IMG/VR virus record: IMGVR_UViG_3300049144_000095
Span: 1-64,000 of that record
Direction: 5' to 3' (one strand)
DNA from: a virus
Lineage: Duplodnaviria > Caudoviricetes
DNA: 64,000 nucleotides
Shown: in pieces, positions 1 to 8,354 of the stretch
How the letters are laid out: every line of letters begins with the position of its first letter
Numbering within the stretch: position 1 is the first letter of the stretch
Position numbers and translations under genes: made by a program
Notes under the pieces: model-generated
Seen by the model: the letters and a program-made list of their open reading frames with translations, nothing else
What the model was told of the DNA's origin: nothing
Databases searched by the model: none

Positions 1-108
1 GTGCTGGCCATGACCAACCAGTACTGGGACCAGAACGGCGACCCCATCGAGTACGCCCTGGACTTCCTCGGGGCTGGCAGAGAGTTGTCCGCTGAGTACA
101 ACATCTGA
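1..108 (+). CDS. 3' end of a probable GntR/HutC-family regulator (UTRA domain C-terminus), partial
   Basis: Frame 1 reads VLAMTNQYWDQNGDPIEYALDFLGAGRELSAEYNI*, resembling the last strands of a UTRA domain and the C-terminus of the neighbouring GntR. Confidence 0.5.
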   Translation: MLAMTNQYWDQNGDPIEYALDFLGAGRELSAEYNI

Positions 109-120
109 CCACAATGAGAC

Positions 121-164
121 GGGGGGCCGGTTGCAGGGTTGTGGCCTCCCTGCAACCGACCCCC
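121..164. terminator. Hairpin between convergent genes (bidirectional terminator)
   Basis: CGGTTGCAGGG (128-138) pairs with CCCTGCAACCG (148-158), extended by G/C runs. Confidence 0.7.
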
Positions 165-209
165 TCAGTACTGACGGAGCGGCCTTGTACTGCCGTGGGG
201 CTCAGCGCC

Positions 210-944
210 TCACAGGCTGTTGTGAAACGAGAAGCGGCGCTTCCCGTCCGCGATCTTCACGCCCACCTCGACGACACGGCCGTTGGCCAGCAGGACACGG
301 CGCACCGCCTCACCGACCGTAGGGTAGGGGCCCTTCAGGTCGAGCAGTTGACGCTCCTCGTCGCTCGCCAGCCGCGAGGTGACATCCGTGAAGACCTCCG
401 CCTGCGTCGAACCCATCCGTTCGGCGGCGAGTTCCCGGGAGCCCGACGGAATGGACTCGGACCGCGCCAGCTCCGGTGTCACCGCCGTGACCTCGGGCGG
501 GTAGTACGAAAATCCTGTTGCCACCGGCTTGCCGTCGATCAGGTTCAGCCGCTGTCGGCGCAGCACCTCCTCGCCGGGCTGCACTCCCAGGTGGTGTGCG
601 ATGTCGGGCGGGCAGGGGACCATCCCGATGGACAGGATCTGCGTCGTCTCGTTCTTGCCGAGCGCCCGGCCCGTGGCTGCGCGGTTCTCTGCCCGGTTCA
701 CCACGGTCGCATTGCGGTGCGAAAAATCCGCAACGATCGGCGGCCGATTGCCGTCCGACGGCTCCAGGTAGCCCTCTGCTGTCAGCAGTTCCACGACCTT
801 GTCGATCGTGGCTCGCGACGTGTTGTACTCCTTCACCATCTTCCGTCGTGCGATGAGGGCAGTACCGGGTTCCAGGGCGCCGGACGTGATCTGTCCGCGC
901 AAACTCTGGGCAATAGCCCTGTACTTGGGGATTCGCTCACTCAC
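210..944 (-). CDS. GntR/HutC-family transcriptional regulator (KorA/TraR/KorSA-like), wHTH + UTRA
   Basis: PKYRAIAQSLRGQITSGALEPG...YNTSRATIDKVVELLTAEGY is a GntR wHTH; C-terminal EEVLRRQRLNLIDGKPV UTRA-like; GTG at 944 preceded by GAAGGAG. Confidence 0.9.
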   Translation of the reverse strand: MSERIPKYRAIAQSLRGQITSGALEPGTALIARRKMVKEYNTSRATIDKVVELLTAEGYLEPSDGNRPPIVADFSHRNATVVNRAENRAATGRALGKNETTQILSIGMVPCPPDIAHHLGVQPGEEVLRRQRLNLIDGKPVATGFSYYPPEVTAVTPELARSESIPSGSRELAAERMGSTQAEVFTDVTSRLASDEERQLLDLKGPYPTVGEAVRRVLLANGRVVEVGVKIADGKRRFSFHNSL

Positions 945-963
945 GCTCTCTCTCTCCTTCACC

Positions 964-992
964 TTGTGGCCTAGGCCGTATTGTGTCATGCT
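964..992 (+). promoter_or_regulatory. Putative promoter TTGTGG-N17-CATGCT overlapped by operator TGGCCTAGGCCG (967-978)
   Basis: Read directly; lies between the divergent GntR and membrane-protein genes. Confidence 0.55.
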
Positions 993-1168
993 GGAGTCCG
1001 CAACGCCAGCCACGAAGGAGCGTTGCGGAGAACGCAAGACACGAGTGAGAACCCTTGCGGCTCTCTGGGTGAGGACCAGCCTCCCTTGCAAACGGCCCAG
1101 GCCAGGATATCGCCCTGCCTGCGGAACGTGTCAGGAGGCATCCAGCCCACTCGGACGGAAGGAGAAAC

Positions 1169-2134
1169 GTGACAACGCCGGTGACGGTTCCACCGAAGCC
1201 GACTCGCGACCCCGACGTCCACCTGAAGGACCGTGGCGCCAGCAAGAAGCCGCGCACCCTGAAGGGTGACATCGAGAAGCTGAGAGGCAAGGCGTCGGAG
1301 GTTCGCAGCAAGTGGACCACCGGACGACAGGCAGCAGCCGGAAAGAAGAGGGAGGTCAGACGGAAGGCCGGGGACGTCCTGGCCCCCGCGAAGAAGAGGG
1401 TCAGCGAGGAGAGGCAGCTCGCCGACGAGACGGTGAAGTCGATCTACAAGGCCATCGGTTCGGTGCGTTCGGCACTCGATCCGGCCAAGGGGAAGGCTCG
1501 TCCGTACGTCACGTCCTTCCTGATCTCGTGCGTGATCTCGTGGGCCCTGGGGCCGCAGGTACTCGTAGCCATCTACGAACGACTCTGGTTCCACACGAGC
1601 ACGACGAGCTGGGGTGTGCTGCACGGACCGGGGCGCTGGTTCCGGGACACGGTGGGCATGGCTGCCGAGACGGGGCAGATGTTCGGCCTGATCGCCGCGA
1701 TCTGCCTGGGGGTGACACCCATGTTCCTGTTCAGCGTGAGGAACATGGTGGCGAAGTACCTCGCCGAGTCGCCGTACTACGGCAAGGCGGGCAGGTTCGC
1801 CATCAGGTGGCTTGCTCGGGCCCCTTACCTGGTTCCGACCGTCTACCTCATCGGCGTGGCCTACCCGCAGTACGTCACTCCGGTCTTCGGCAGCCCCTGG
1901 CGGCTGGAGATGTGGCACTTCTACGTGGCCGGACTCTTCTGCACTACGTACTACTTCACGATGTGGGTCTTCGATCGAATCGAACGGCTCCGCGTCGAAC
2001 GGCAGGCCATGTCTGCCGAGGAGCAAGCCAGTACCCAGACCATGGGGCCCGGCATGTTCCACGCACTCCTGATGGTCCCGCTGGCTTCGATCATCTCGGG
2101 TGCACTCCTCTACACCCCGAACGCTGCCTGGTAG
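1169..2134 (+). CDS. Multi-pass membrane protein with basic N-terminus (possibly spread/transfer-type)
   Basis: RBS AAGGAG; Lys/Arg-rich first 110 aa then several hydrophobic segments. Confidence 0.75.
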   Translation: MTTPVTVPPKPTRDPDVHLKDRGASKKPRTLKGDIEKLRGKASEVRSKWTTGRQAAAGKKREVRRKAGDVLAPAKKRVSEERQLADETVKSIYKAIGSVRSALDPAKGKARPYVTSFLISCVISWALGPQVLVAIYERLWFHTSTTSWGVLHGPGRWFRDTVGMAAETGQMFGLIAAICLGVTPMFLFSVRNMVAKYLAESPYYGKAGRFAIRWLARAPYLVPTVYLIGVAYPQYVTPVFGSPWRLEMWHFYVAGLFCTTYYFTMWVFDRIERLRVERQAMSAEEQASTQTMGPGMFHALLMVPLASIISGALLYTPNAAW

Positions 2135-2248
2135 TAGAGGGGCCTCCGTTGCGGAGCGAGTCGCTTGGATTGCAAACCAAGCGACGCCGGGTCAAACCGG
2201 CCGGAGGTACGAAGCGGTGAAAGGCGCCGCTGGAAAGGAGAAGAGGTC

Positions 2249-2311
2249 GTGAACTTCAAGGACGACGACCACAACGGAATGCCGGTGCGCGAGCCGCGCC
2301 CCGGTAACTGA
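2249..2311 (+). CDS. Possible 20-aa peptide MNFKDDDHNGMPVREPRPGN
   Basis: Strong GAAAGGAG RBS before GTG; too short for the ORF track. Confidence 0.3.
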   Translation: MNFKDDDHNGMPVREPRPGN

Positions 2312-2360
2312 CGAGGGGGCAGAACGCCAAGGGGCGTTCTCTTCGAGAAAGGGAGTAAAG

Positions 2361-2933
2361 GTGTTCCAGGCCATCGTGCAGCAGCAGCGGATCGAGGTTC
2401 CTGAGACCTCGTGGCTCGGCCACATGTCGATGGCGGGATTCGGTCTGGCCATCTTCATCGTCTCGGTCCTGTGCATCAACGGATCGAAGAAGACGCAGAA
2501 GCAGATGGGGCCCTGGGGTCCATTCTTCACGGTCGTCATGAACAAGACCGTGACGGAGCCGACCAAGCGCATCGCGATGAAGTGGGGAGGTGGAGATGAA
2601 GGGTTCGACTGGCGCTCACTGATGACATTCCTGATCGGAATGCTGGGCATGACGGCGATCCTCAGCTCCACCGGCGGCTTCGTCCTGACGCTGGCCGACT
2701 TCTTCCAGGGCCTGCTCATGAAGATGTCCGGCTGGCCGGTTCTCGCGGATCTCGGTGCAGGTGGCCTGTGCTTCATCCTGGTCATCCTGGCGATGCGGAA
2801 CCGGGGTGACGACAAGGCGGACCTCGGCTACGGCGCGGCGTGCGGGTTCATCTTCCCGCTGGGCGGCGGCACGTGGTCGGAGATCACCCTTCAGGTCGGG
2901 CACTGGATTCCGCAGATCATGCACATCGGCTGA
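2361..2933 (+). CDS. Membrane protein, about 4 TM segments
   Basis: RBS AAAGGGAG; alternating hydrophobic helices; terminator follows. Confidence 0.75.
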   Translation: MFQAIVQQQRIEVPETSWLGHMSMAGFGLAIFIVSVLCINGSKKTQKQMGPWGPFFTVVMNKTVTEPTKRIAMKWGGGDEGFDWRSLMTFLIGMLGMTAILSSTGGFVLTLADFFQGLLMKMSGWPVLADLGAGGLCFILVILAMRNRGDDKADLGYGAACGFIFPLGGGTWSEITLQVGHWIPQIMHIG

Positions 2934-2943
2934 ACCTCGCCAC

Positions 2944-2977
2944 AACGGCCCGGAACTCAATCGAGTTCCGGGCCGTT
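2944..2977 (+). terminator. Intrinsic terminator
   Basis: Perfect 15-bp stem AACGGCCCGGAACTC/GAGTTCCGGGCCGTT, T-rich tail shortly after. Confidence 0.8.
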
Positions 2978-2992
2978 CCGTGTTTTCTTGCA

Positions 2993-3022
2993 TTGCTAAA
3001 CGGCCTAGGCCAGTGTTAGTCT
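2993..3022 (+). promoter_or_regulatory. HrdB-type promoter TTGCTA-N18-TAGTCT with operator CGGCCTAGGCCA (3001-3012) in the spacer
   Basis: Read directly; upstream of SLT gene. Confidence 0.7.
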
Positions 3023-3049
3023 GGGGTTTCACTCGGAAAGGAGGATCGA

Positions 3050-3673
3050 ATGCGCAAGGTCGGAGGAATTTTCGTCGGCACGTTCCTACTGGTCGGCGCC
3101 GCCCAGGCGATCACCGGCTTCGTTCCAGCCGCTCCCTCAGCGGCGAACGAGCTTCCAGCGCAGAGGGTTGGCGATGCACAGGACGCGAAGTTCACCGGAA
3201 GCAGTGCGCCGATCCGTGCCGGATCCGTCCCGAACAAGCGGTGGGAAGAGCTGATCGACAAGTGGGGCAATAAGTGCAAAGCCCTCACTCCGGCAATTCT
3301 GGCCGCTCAGCTCCACCAGGAATCCATGGGATTCAACCCGCGCGTCGTCTCGGGTCAGAGGAATTCCCCGGTCGGTGCTCGTGGCATCGCACAGTTCATG
3401 CCTGGAACGTGGGCAGATCATGGGGTTGACGCGAACAAGGACGGTAAGCGCGACATCATCGACCCCGAGGACGCCATTCCCTCTGCCGCTGTCTACGACT
3501 GCAAGGTGGCCCGAAGCGTCCGCCACGTCTCCGGCAACGTCACGGACAACATGCTCGCCGGATACAACGCCGGATCGGGCGCAGTCCTGAAATACGGCGG
3601 CATACCGCCGTACAGCGAAACGCAGAACTACGTCAGGATCATCAAGAAGAAGGCGGGAAGGTTCGAGCGGTGA
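3050..3673 (+). CDS. Secreted lytic transglycosylase (SLT domain)
   Basis: ILAAQLHQES (catalytic Glu), GARGIAQFMPGTW, LAGYNAG, ETQNYV motifs; N-terminal signal peptide. Confidence 0.9.
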   Translation: MRKVGGIFVGTFLLVGAAQAITGFVPAAPSAANELPAQRVGDAQDAKFTGSSAPIRAGSVPNKRWEELIDKWGNKCKALTPAILAAQLHQESMGFNPRVVSGQRNSPVGARGIAQFMPGTWADHGVDANKDGKRDIIDPEDAIPSAAVYDCKVARSVRHVSGNVTDNMLAGYNAGSGAVLKYGGIPPYSETQNYVRIIKKKAGRFER

Positions 3674-4269
3674 GTCGCAGGCATCATGGCGCTCTGGCTA
3701 TTTCGGCAGTTGCTGCGTGCGCAGCCCTGTCCACCGGGTGCGGAGCGCTGCACGCTGCTCCGATAACCAACGCCAAGGCCAACGACAACCCGGCCATCGA
3801 GAAGGTCAACTGGTACTCGCCTGAGCAGCGGGCGAAGGAGGCCGCGCGACAAGAAAGCGATGCGCGCGTGGCCCCTCGCCTTCCAGGAGATGCGGCTGCC
3901 GTAGCCATTGCTTACGCTCGCACAAAGATCGGAGTTCCCTACCTCTGGGGCGGCACTGGAACGAAGGCGCAAGGAGGACGGTTCGACTGCTCCGGACTCA
4001 CCCAGGCGGCGTATGCGAAAGCAGGCATCAAGCTGCCGCGCGTAGCCAACGACCAGTGGAACGCGAGCGACAACCACCCTTCCTGGAATGACCTCAAGCC
4101 GGGCGATCTCGTCTTCTTCGGTCAGAAGGGAAACTCTCGCTCCATCCATCACGTGGGCATTTACATCGGCGACGGAAAGATGCTGCACGCCCCGCGTACC
4201 GGCACCTTCATTCGGATAAACGGAGTGCACTACATGTCCGACTATTTCGGGGCCACGCGAGTCGCCTAG
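3670..4269 (+). CDS. NlpC/P60 cell-wall peptidase, probable lipoprotein
   Basis: IGVPYLWGG, FDCSGL, PGDLVFF, HVGIYIGDGKMLHAP; N-terminal ALSTGC lipobox-like; GTGA overlap with SLT. Confidence 0.92.
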   Translation: MSRRHHGALAISAVAACAALSTGCGALHAAPITNAKANDNPAIEKVNWYSPEQRAKEAARQESDARVAPRLPGDAAAVAIAYARTKIGVPYLWGGTGTKAQGGRFDCSGLTQAAYAKAGIKLPRVANDQWNASDNHPSWNDLKPGDLVFFGQKGNSRSIHHVGIYIGDGKMLHAPRTGTFIRINGVHYMSDYFGATRVA

Positions 4270-4314
4270 CCGATCAAACAGTCACTGAACCAACGGATCG
4301 AAACGGAACACTTC

Positions 4315-5160
4315 ATGCGTATCGAAATCCGCAACACGTACGGCACCCCGCACACCTGCGGGACCAGCCCGGCCCACGTCACGGGTTGCGACCGCTACCG
4401 GTTACCTCTGGTCGGCATCATCACCCCCGACAATCCAGCCTACGAAGACATGGTGCAATGGCTGAAGGATGACGGCAACGATACCCGTCCTGAAGGCTAC
4501 GGACTGATCTTCCTGGAGTCCGAGGAGTTTTCTGCCACCTACTTCGGATCGATCGCCCAGATCGAGCAGTACCAGCGTGAAAACGTAGACGGAACTGCAA
4601 CCTTCGACGCCTCGCAGGGTGTCATGTATGCCCAGTGGCCCCACGGGAAAGGTTGGGACGACTACATCCCTCGCGTCTTTTGGAACACCCAAGCGCGCGG
4701 CGCCATTGCCGACGGCGTCGGTCTTGTCACCGCTTTCGCACACACCGAAGTCCAGGGCGCGGACATCATCGTCTACGAGTTCGAAGGTGCATGGACTTAC
4801 GGCGGCGAGACGGAGCGAATGGTCACATACCACTGCACCGCCTGCCATAAGGACACCTTCCACGACTCCGGCCACGTCCACGAGAACACCGGCCCCAGCA
4901 GTCGCCGCTGGGCTGCCCGTCAGGCACGCGAGCACATCATCAGCGCCGCCCGGCACGGCGTCGGCGACACCAACAGCGCCTGCCGCCCCGACAACGGCGA
5001 AATGCTGCGTGTCGTGAACGCCGTGGCGCGAGACAAGCTGGGCACCACAAGCAACGTGCTTCCGGATACCGACGACGCGTACTGCGCCACCAAGGGTCCC
5101 TGCTCGATCCTTCGCAAACTCCGCGCCGGAATTCGTCCGCCTGTCTACCGTCAGATCTGA
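4315..5160 (+). CDS. Hypothetical protein with CxxC-H motif; contains a TTA codon
   Basis: 281-aa ORF; YHCTACH; TTA at 4402-4404. Confidence 0.65.
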   Translation: MRIEIRNTYGTPHTCGTSPAHVTGCDRYRLPLVGIITPDNPAYEDMVQWLKDDGNDTRPEGYGLIFLESEEFSATYFGSIAQIEQYQRENVDGTATFDASQGVMYAQWPHGKGWDDYIPRVFWNTQARGAIADGVGLVTAFAHTEVQGADIIVYEFEGAWTYGGETERMVTYHCTACHKDTFHDSGHVHENTGPSSRRWAARQAREHIISAARHGVGDTNSACRPDNGEMLRVVNAVARDKLGTTSNVLPDTDDAYCATKGPCSILRKLRAGIRPPVYRQI

Positions 5161-5183
5161 GGATCAGGAAAGGGGTGTCATTC

Positions 5184-5525
5184 ATGGAAAGCCTCAGGGA
5201 ACGCCGAGGTGTCCTCGACTTCGAAGTTGAGGTGATGAAGCCACTCAGCAAGAAGCGGCTGATACGCATGGCTCTCCAGTGGGACGACATGCTACGCCTC
5301 CCCCTGTCAGGCGACATCGTCACCGTGGGCCGCTGCGGGCTCAAGGTGGTTCACGGTCCGGCTTCAGACGAGATGCTGTTGAACAGTCCGACAGTGGCCG
5401 TCGACCCCTACTTCGCACCCCCGTACTGGTACGCGAGGTACGACGAAGTGTGGACGAGCGCCGAAGGGCTGGCCGCAGCGTTCGCCGGGGACCCCCGGCA
5501 CCTCTCCGTCGAGGTGCTGGTGTGA
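5184..5525 (+). CDS. Hypothetical protein
   Basis: RBS GGAAAGGGG; stop overlaps next start. Confidence 0.6.
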   Translation: MESLRERRGVLDFEVEVMKPLSKKRLIRMALQWDDMLRLPLSGDIVTVGRCGLKVVHGPASDEMLLNSPTVAVDPYFAPPYWYARYDEVWTSAEGLAAAFAGDPRHLSVEVLV

Positions 5526-6241
5526 AGGGGTCGGTGCACGCGGCCATCGGCGCCTCGGCGCCCGTCACCCTCGTCGCCACGCAGCACGTCTCACTGGTGC
5601 AGGGCGCGGTCATGGCCGCCGTGTCGGCCGGATATGCCCTCCTGCCGGATATCGACCACCCGCTGTCCTGTGCATCGACAGCGCTCGGTAGGGTCACCCA
5701 CAAGGCCGTCCGCAGTCTCTGCAAGGCGACGGTACGCGCGACTTCCACGCACAGGGACTTGGGATACCGGCAGCACATGCGGGTGCGCTACCCCTCGAAG
5801 GACTTCTATCACCGCACCCTCACCCACACCCTGGCCGCAGCTCTCGGGATCGGGGTGACCGTCTACGTGACGAGCTGGATGAGCATGGCGGCGTCTGGTC
5901 TCGTGGCGGCCCTGGGCGTCTACTTGCTCTGGCCCTTGAGGAAGGTCACAAAGGGAGTGGTGATCCTGGGTGCGATGGCCGCAGCCGCCGGATCCGCCCT
6001 CACCTTGACGCCGTGGCTGATCACGCTCGCCGTCACATGCGGGTACATCAGCCACGTGGCGGCCGACGCCTGCACCAAGTCGGGCGTGCCAGCACTCTGG
6101 CCCCTCCCGGTCAAGGGGAAGCGCTGGTGGAACATCCGGATCCTGGACAGCATGGTGACCTCCGGGTCGGCTCTGGAGAAGGGCCCGGCGGTGGGGGTCT
6201 CGGTGTTCGCGAACATCGCGCTGATGTTCCTGAAGTTCTGA
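5522..6241 (+). CDS. Membrane metal-dependent hydrolase (YdjM/DUF457-like)
   Basis: GSVHA...LLPDIDHP...HRTLTHT...GYISHVAADACTKSGVPALWP motif series. Confidence 0.85.
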   Translation: MKGSVHAAIGASAPVTLVATQHVSLVQGAVMAAVSAGYALLPDIDHPLSCASTALGRVTHKAVRSLCKATVRATSTHRDLGYRQHMRVRYPSKDFYHRTLTHTLAAALGIGVTVYVTSWMSMAASGLVAALGVYLLWPLRKVTKGVVILGAMAAAAGSALTLTPWLITLAVTCGYISHVAADACTKSGVPALWPLPVKGKRWWNIRILDSMVTSGSALEKGPAVGVSVFANIALMFLKF

Positions 6242-6243
6242 CG

Positions 6244-6269
6244 AAACCCCGGCCTCGGCCGGGGTTTTT
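6244..6269 (+). terminator. Intrinsic terminator
   Basis: AAACCCCGGCC/GGCCGGGGTTT stem ending in T-run. Confidence 0.8.
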
Positions 6270-6341
6270 GGCTCTTTGCGCACAACCCCTTCATGCCGCA
6301 CAATCGAAGGCGGAAGTGGAGGGAAAGGTGATGCGATAACC

Positions 6342-6755
6342 GTGACGGATGGTCTCTACGAGAGGGATGAGGTCTGGGGTTCGACTGCCCGTCGCACCCT
6401 CCGTTTCGCGCACCCTGACGCGCACGCATCGGTCAGCCCGGAGACCGGCGCTGACCTCGGCCGGGCCTCGGTGGAGGCGAACAGGACAGACGCCTTCGGT
6501 CCCGAAGCGGTGGTGCGTGCCCGCGCGATGGACTACGAGCTGACGACGCGCATCCAGCAGGAGTCGCCCTACGCCCAGGAGACCGTGGTCGAGCACCGTG
6601 TGCACGATTACCGGCTCTACGTCGGAATGTGGGTCGTCGCGGGGCTCAGCGGCGTCTCAGCGTTCCTCACGTACTCCCTGTGGCATCTGCTGATCACTGT
6701 GGTCGCGGTGGCCTTCGCCCTGATGTCGTCACCGGGGCGGCAGTACGCGGACTGA
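6342..6755 (+). CDS. Membrane protein, 2 C-terminal TM segments
   Basis: Hydrophobic LYVGMWVVAGLSGVSAFL and LLITVVAVAFALM; start uncertain. Confidence 0.6.
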   Translation: MTDGLYERDEVWGSTARRTLRFAHPDAHASVSPETGADLGRASVEANRTDAFGPEAVVRARAMDYELTTRIQQESPYAQETVVEHRVHDYRLYVGMWVVAGLSGVSAFLTYSLWHLLITVVAVAFALMSSPGRQYAD

Positions 6756-6781
6756 CCCGGCGCCCACTCGAACCAACCTCT

Positions 6782-6832
6782 TGGCACCCATTGTGGAATG
6801 GGTGCCATTCTGCTTAGAATTGGCCTAGGCCG
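6782..6832 (+). promoter_or_regulatory. Promoter TTGTGG-N18-TAGAAT with 11-bp inverted repeat over -35 and operator TGGCCTAGGCCG (6821-6832) right after -10
   Basis: TGGCACCCATT-gtgg-AATGGGTGCCA (6782-6807); TAGAAT 6815-6820. Confidence 0.75.
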
Positions 6833-6852
6833 TTTTTGAGGAGGAGGTGGCC

Positions 6853-7272
6853 ATGGCTGGACGACCCAGGCAGGACGGTGCAGAGGTCCGTAACCGGCAG
6901 TTGTCGGTCCGGTGGACCAGTACCGAGTACGACCTCATCAAGGTAGCCAAGGAGCAGAACGGCATCCGCTACCTGGTGGACGTCCCGCGCATCATGACCC
7001 TGCGGCAGATCGAGCTGGAGAAGGTCATCGGCAAGAGTGCCGACAACCTGGAGAAGGTCCGGCGCGTCGCGGAACTCGCCTCGGCAGATGAGGTGCTGAG
7101 CCTGACCCTGAAGCAGATCAAACTTCAGGACGCCATCGGGGACGGCATGAAAGACGTCGAATCCGTACGACGAACTCTCGGGCTGGAGACAGTGGAAGAC
7201 ACGCTCTGGGCTCTCGCGAAAGCTCAGATCGAACAGATGCGTTCCGCGCTCGAAAGGGACGTGGCAGAGTAG
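6853..7272 (+). CDS. Ribbon-helix-helix (MobC/CopG-like) DNA-binding protein with coiled coil
   Basis: RNRQLSVRWTSTEYDLIKVAKEQNG fits an RHH strand-helix; RBS GAGGAGG. Confidence 0.65.
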   Translation: MAGRPRQDGAEVRNRQLSVRWTSTEYDLIKVAKEQNGIRYLVDVPRIMTLRQIELEKVIGKSADNLEKVRRVAELASADEVLSLTLKQIKLQDAIGDGMKDVESVRRTLGLETVEDTLWALAKAQIEQMRSALERDVAE

Positions 7273-7277
7273 TCACC

Positions 7278-7460
7278 ATGAGCGCAAATCCCAACGACCC
7301 TCTGCTCACCGTCCCTGAAGCCGCCCGGCGCATGCGCGTAAGGGAGAGGCAGGTGCGAAAGATCCTCGCCCGCAATCTCGTTCAGGGCGTCCGGACGCAC
7401 CTCGGGATCTGCTACAGGCAGGACGACGTGGACGCGGTCGCATCGATAAAACGCCGATGA
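7278..7460 (+). CDS. Excisionase/MerR-like HTH protein
   Basis: LLTVPEAARRMRVRERQVRKIL...YRQDDVDA. Confidence 0.75.
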   Translation: MSANPNDPLLTVPEAARRMRVRERQVRKILARNLVQGVRTHLGICYRQDDVDAVASIKRR

Positions 7461-7627
7461 AGCCAGGCGACGACAGCCGGTGGAGCGTTGCCAGTAGGAG
7501 CACAGTCAGCTTCCTTCGCAGACTGAGCGCCACGCTGCTTCAGTACATCGGCATCCTCGCAGTGATGTCTTTGGTTTACATCCTCGGGTACTTGGCTGTC
7601 TATCAGAAGCTGCCCCGCTGGAAGTGA
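7457..7627 (+). CDS. Small membrane protein (56 aa)
   Basis: ATGA-coupled; LLQYIGILAVMSLVYILGYLAVY TM helix. Confidence 0.55.
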   Translation: MKPGDDSRWSVASRSTVSFLRRLSATLLQYIGILAVMSLVYILGYLAVYQKLPRWK

Positions 7628-7645
7628 GACCGGAAAGGAGAGGAC

Positions 7646-8278
7646 GTGACCCCGGAACAGGAATTGCGTGCCCTCGCGATCCAAGCTGCCGCGTCGCACT
7701 GCGCAGCCAGGGATGTGAGTCTGGAAGATGTAGTTTTCGTGGCCGACGTCTTCTGCGGTTACATCCAAGACGGGGCGGAGCGAGCGCTTCAGATCGACGC
7801 GGCTGGCACCCGTCAGGTGCAGCTCGAACCGGGCATGGGTGACACTTCCCCCGCAGAGGGTCCGGCTCCGGTGGTCAGAGATGTTGAGCTGCGAGAGGAG
7901 CGGTCCGTCGAAGATGTACCGGTCTCCTTCGACCCGGATCCCGTCACGGTAATGCGGGCCGTGCAGGACACGGAGAGCGCCCCGGTCGAACCGAGCGCTT
8001 CGGGGCCGGAACCCAACCCTCCTTCGGCAGACATCATTCCGTTGGCGGCGCGCGGGTCCACAACCCCGCAGCAGAGCAGCGCACGCCACAAGATCGAGAA
8101 GCTGCGCCGTGAGGCGGCGAACAAGATTCTGGCGGAGGCCAAGTCGGCCAAGGCCCTGGAACACAAGCGACGCCTGTACGAGAAGGCGGAGGAGAAGGGA
8201 CTCTGCAACCTCCTGCTTGAGATCGACGGCCAGACGCGGGAGCTGGGTCCCTACCTCGAATCACTCGCAGGCGCGTGA
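7646..8278 (+). CDS. Hypothetical protein
   Basis: RBS GAAAGGAG; good codon bias. Confidence 0.7.
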   Translation: MTPEQELRALAIQAAASHCAARDVSLEDVVFVADVFCGYIQDGAERALQIDAAGTRQVQLEPGMGDTSPAEGPAPVVRDVELREERSVEDVPVSFDPDPVTVMRAVQDTESAPVEPSASGPEPNPPSADIIPLAARGSTTPQQSSARHKIEKLRREAANKILAEAKSAKALEHKRRLYEKAEEKGLCNLLLEIDGQTRELGPYLESLAGA

Positions 8279-8285
8279 CGGCTGG

Positions 8286-8326
8286 TTGCGATAGAATCGC
8301 AGGATAGCGCGAACGACAGGTATCTT
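8286..8326 (+). promoter_or_regulatory. Palindrome TGCGA-N5-TCGCA overlapping promoter TCGCAG-N18-TATCTT
   Basis: Same architecture recurs at 20179-20218. Confidence 0.5.
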
Positions 8327-8354
8327 TGAGTGATCCATTCACGAGGAGGAACCT

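Noticed and set aside
945-957. (CT)n microsatellite as a phase-variation tract
   Set aside because: Short, and it is simply the purine-rich RBS/spacer of the GntR gene on the - strand
967-978. Palindrome as a genuine host DasR site
   Set aside because: All copies carry C and G where the dre core has T and A; an element-encoded GntR is the simpler explanation, cross-talk untested
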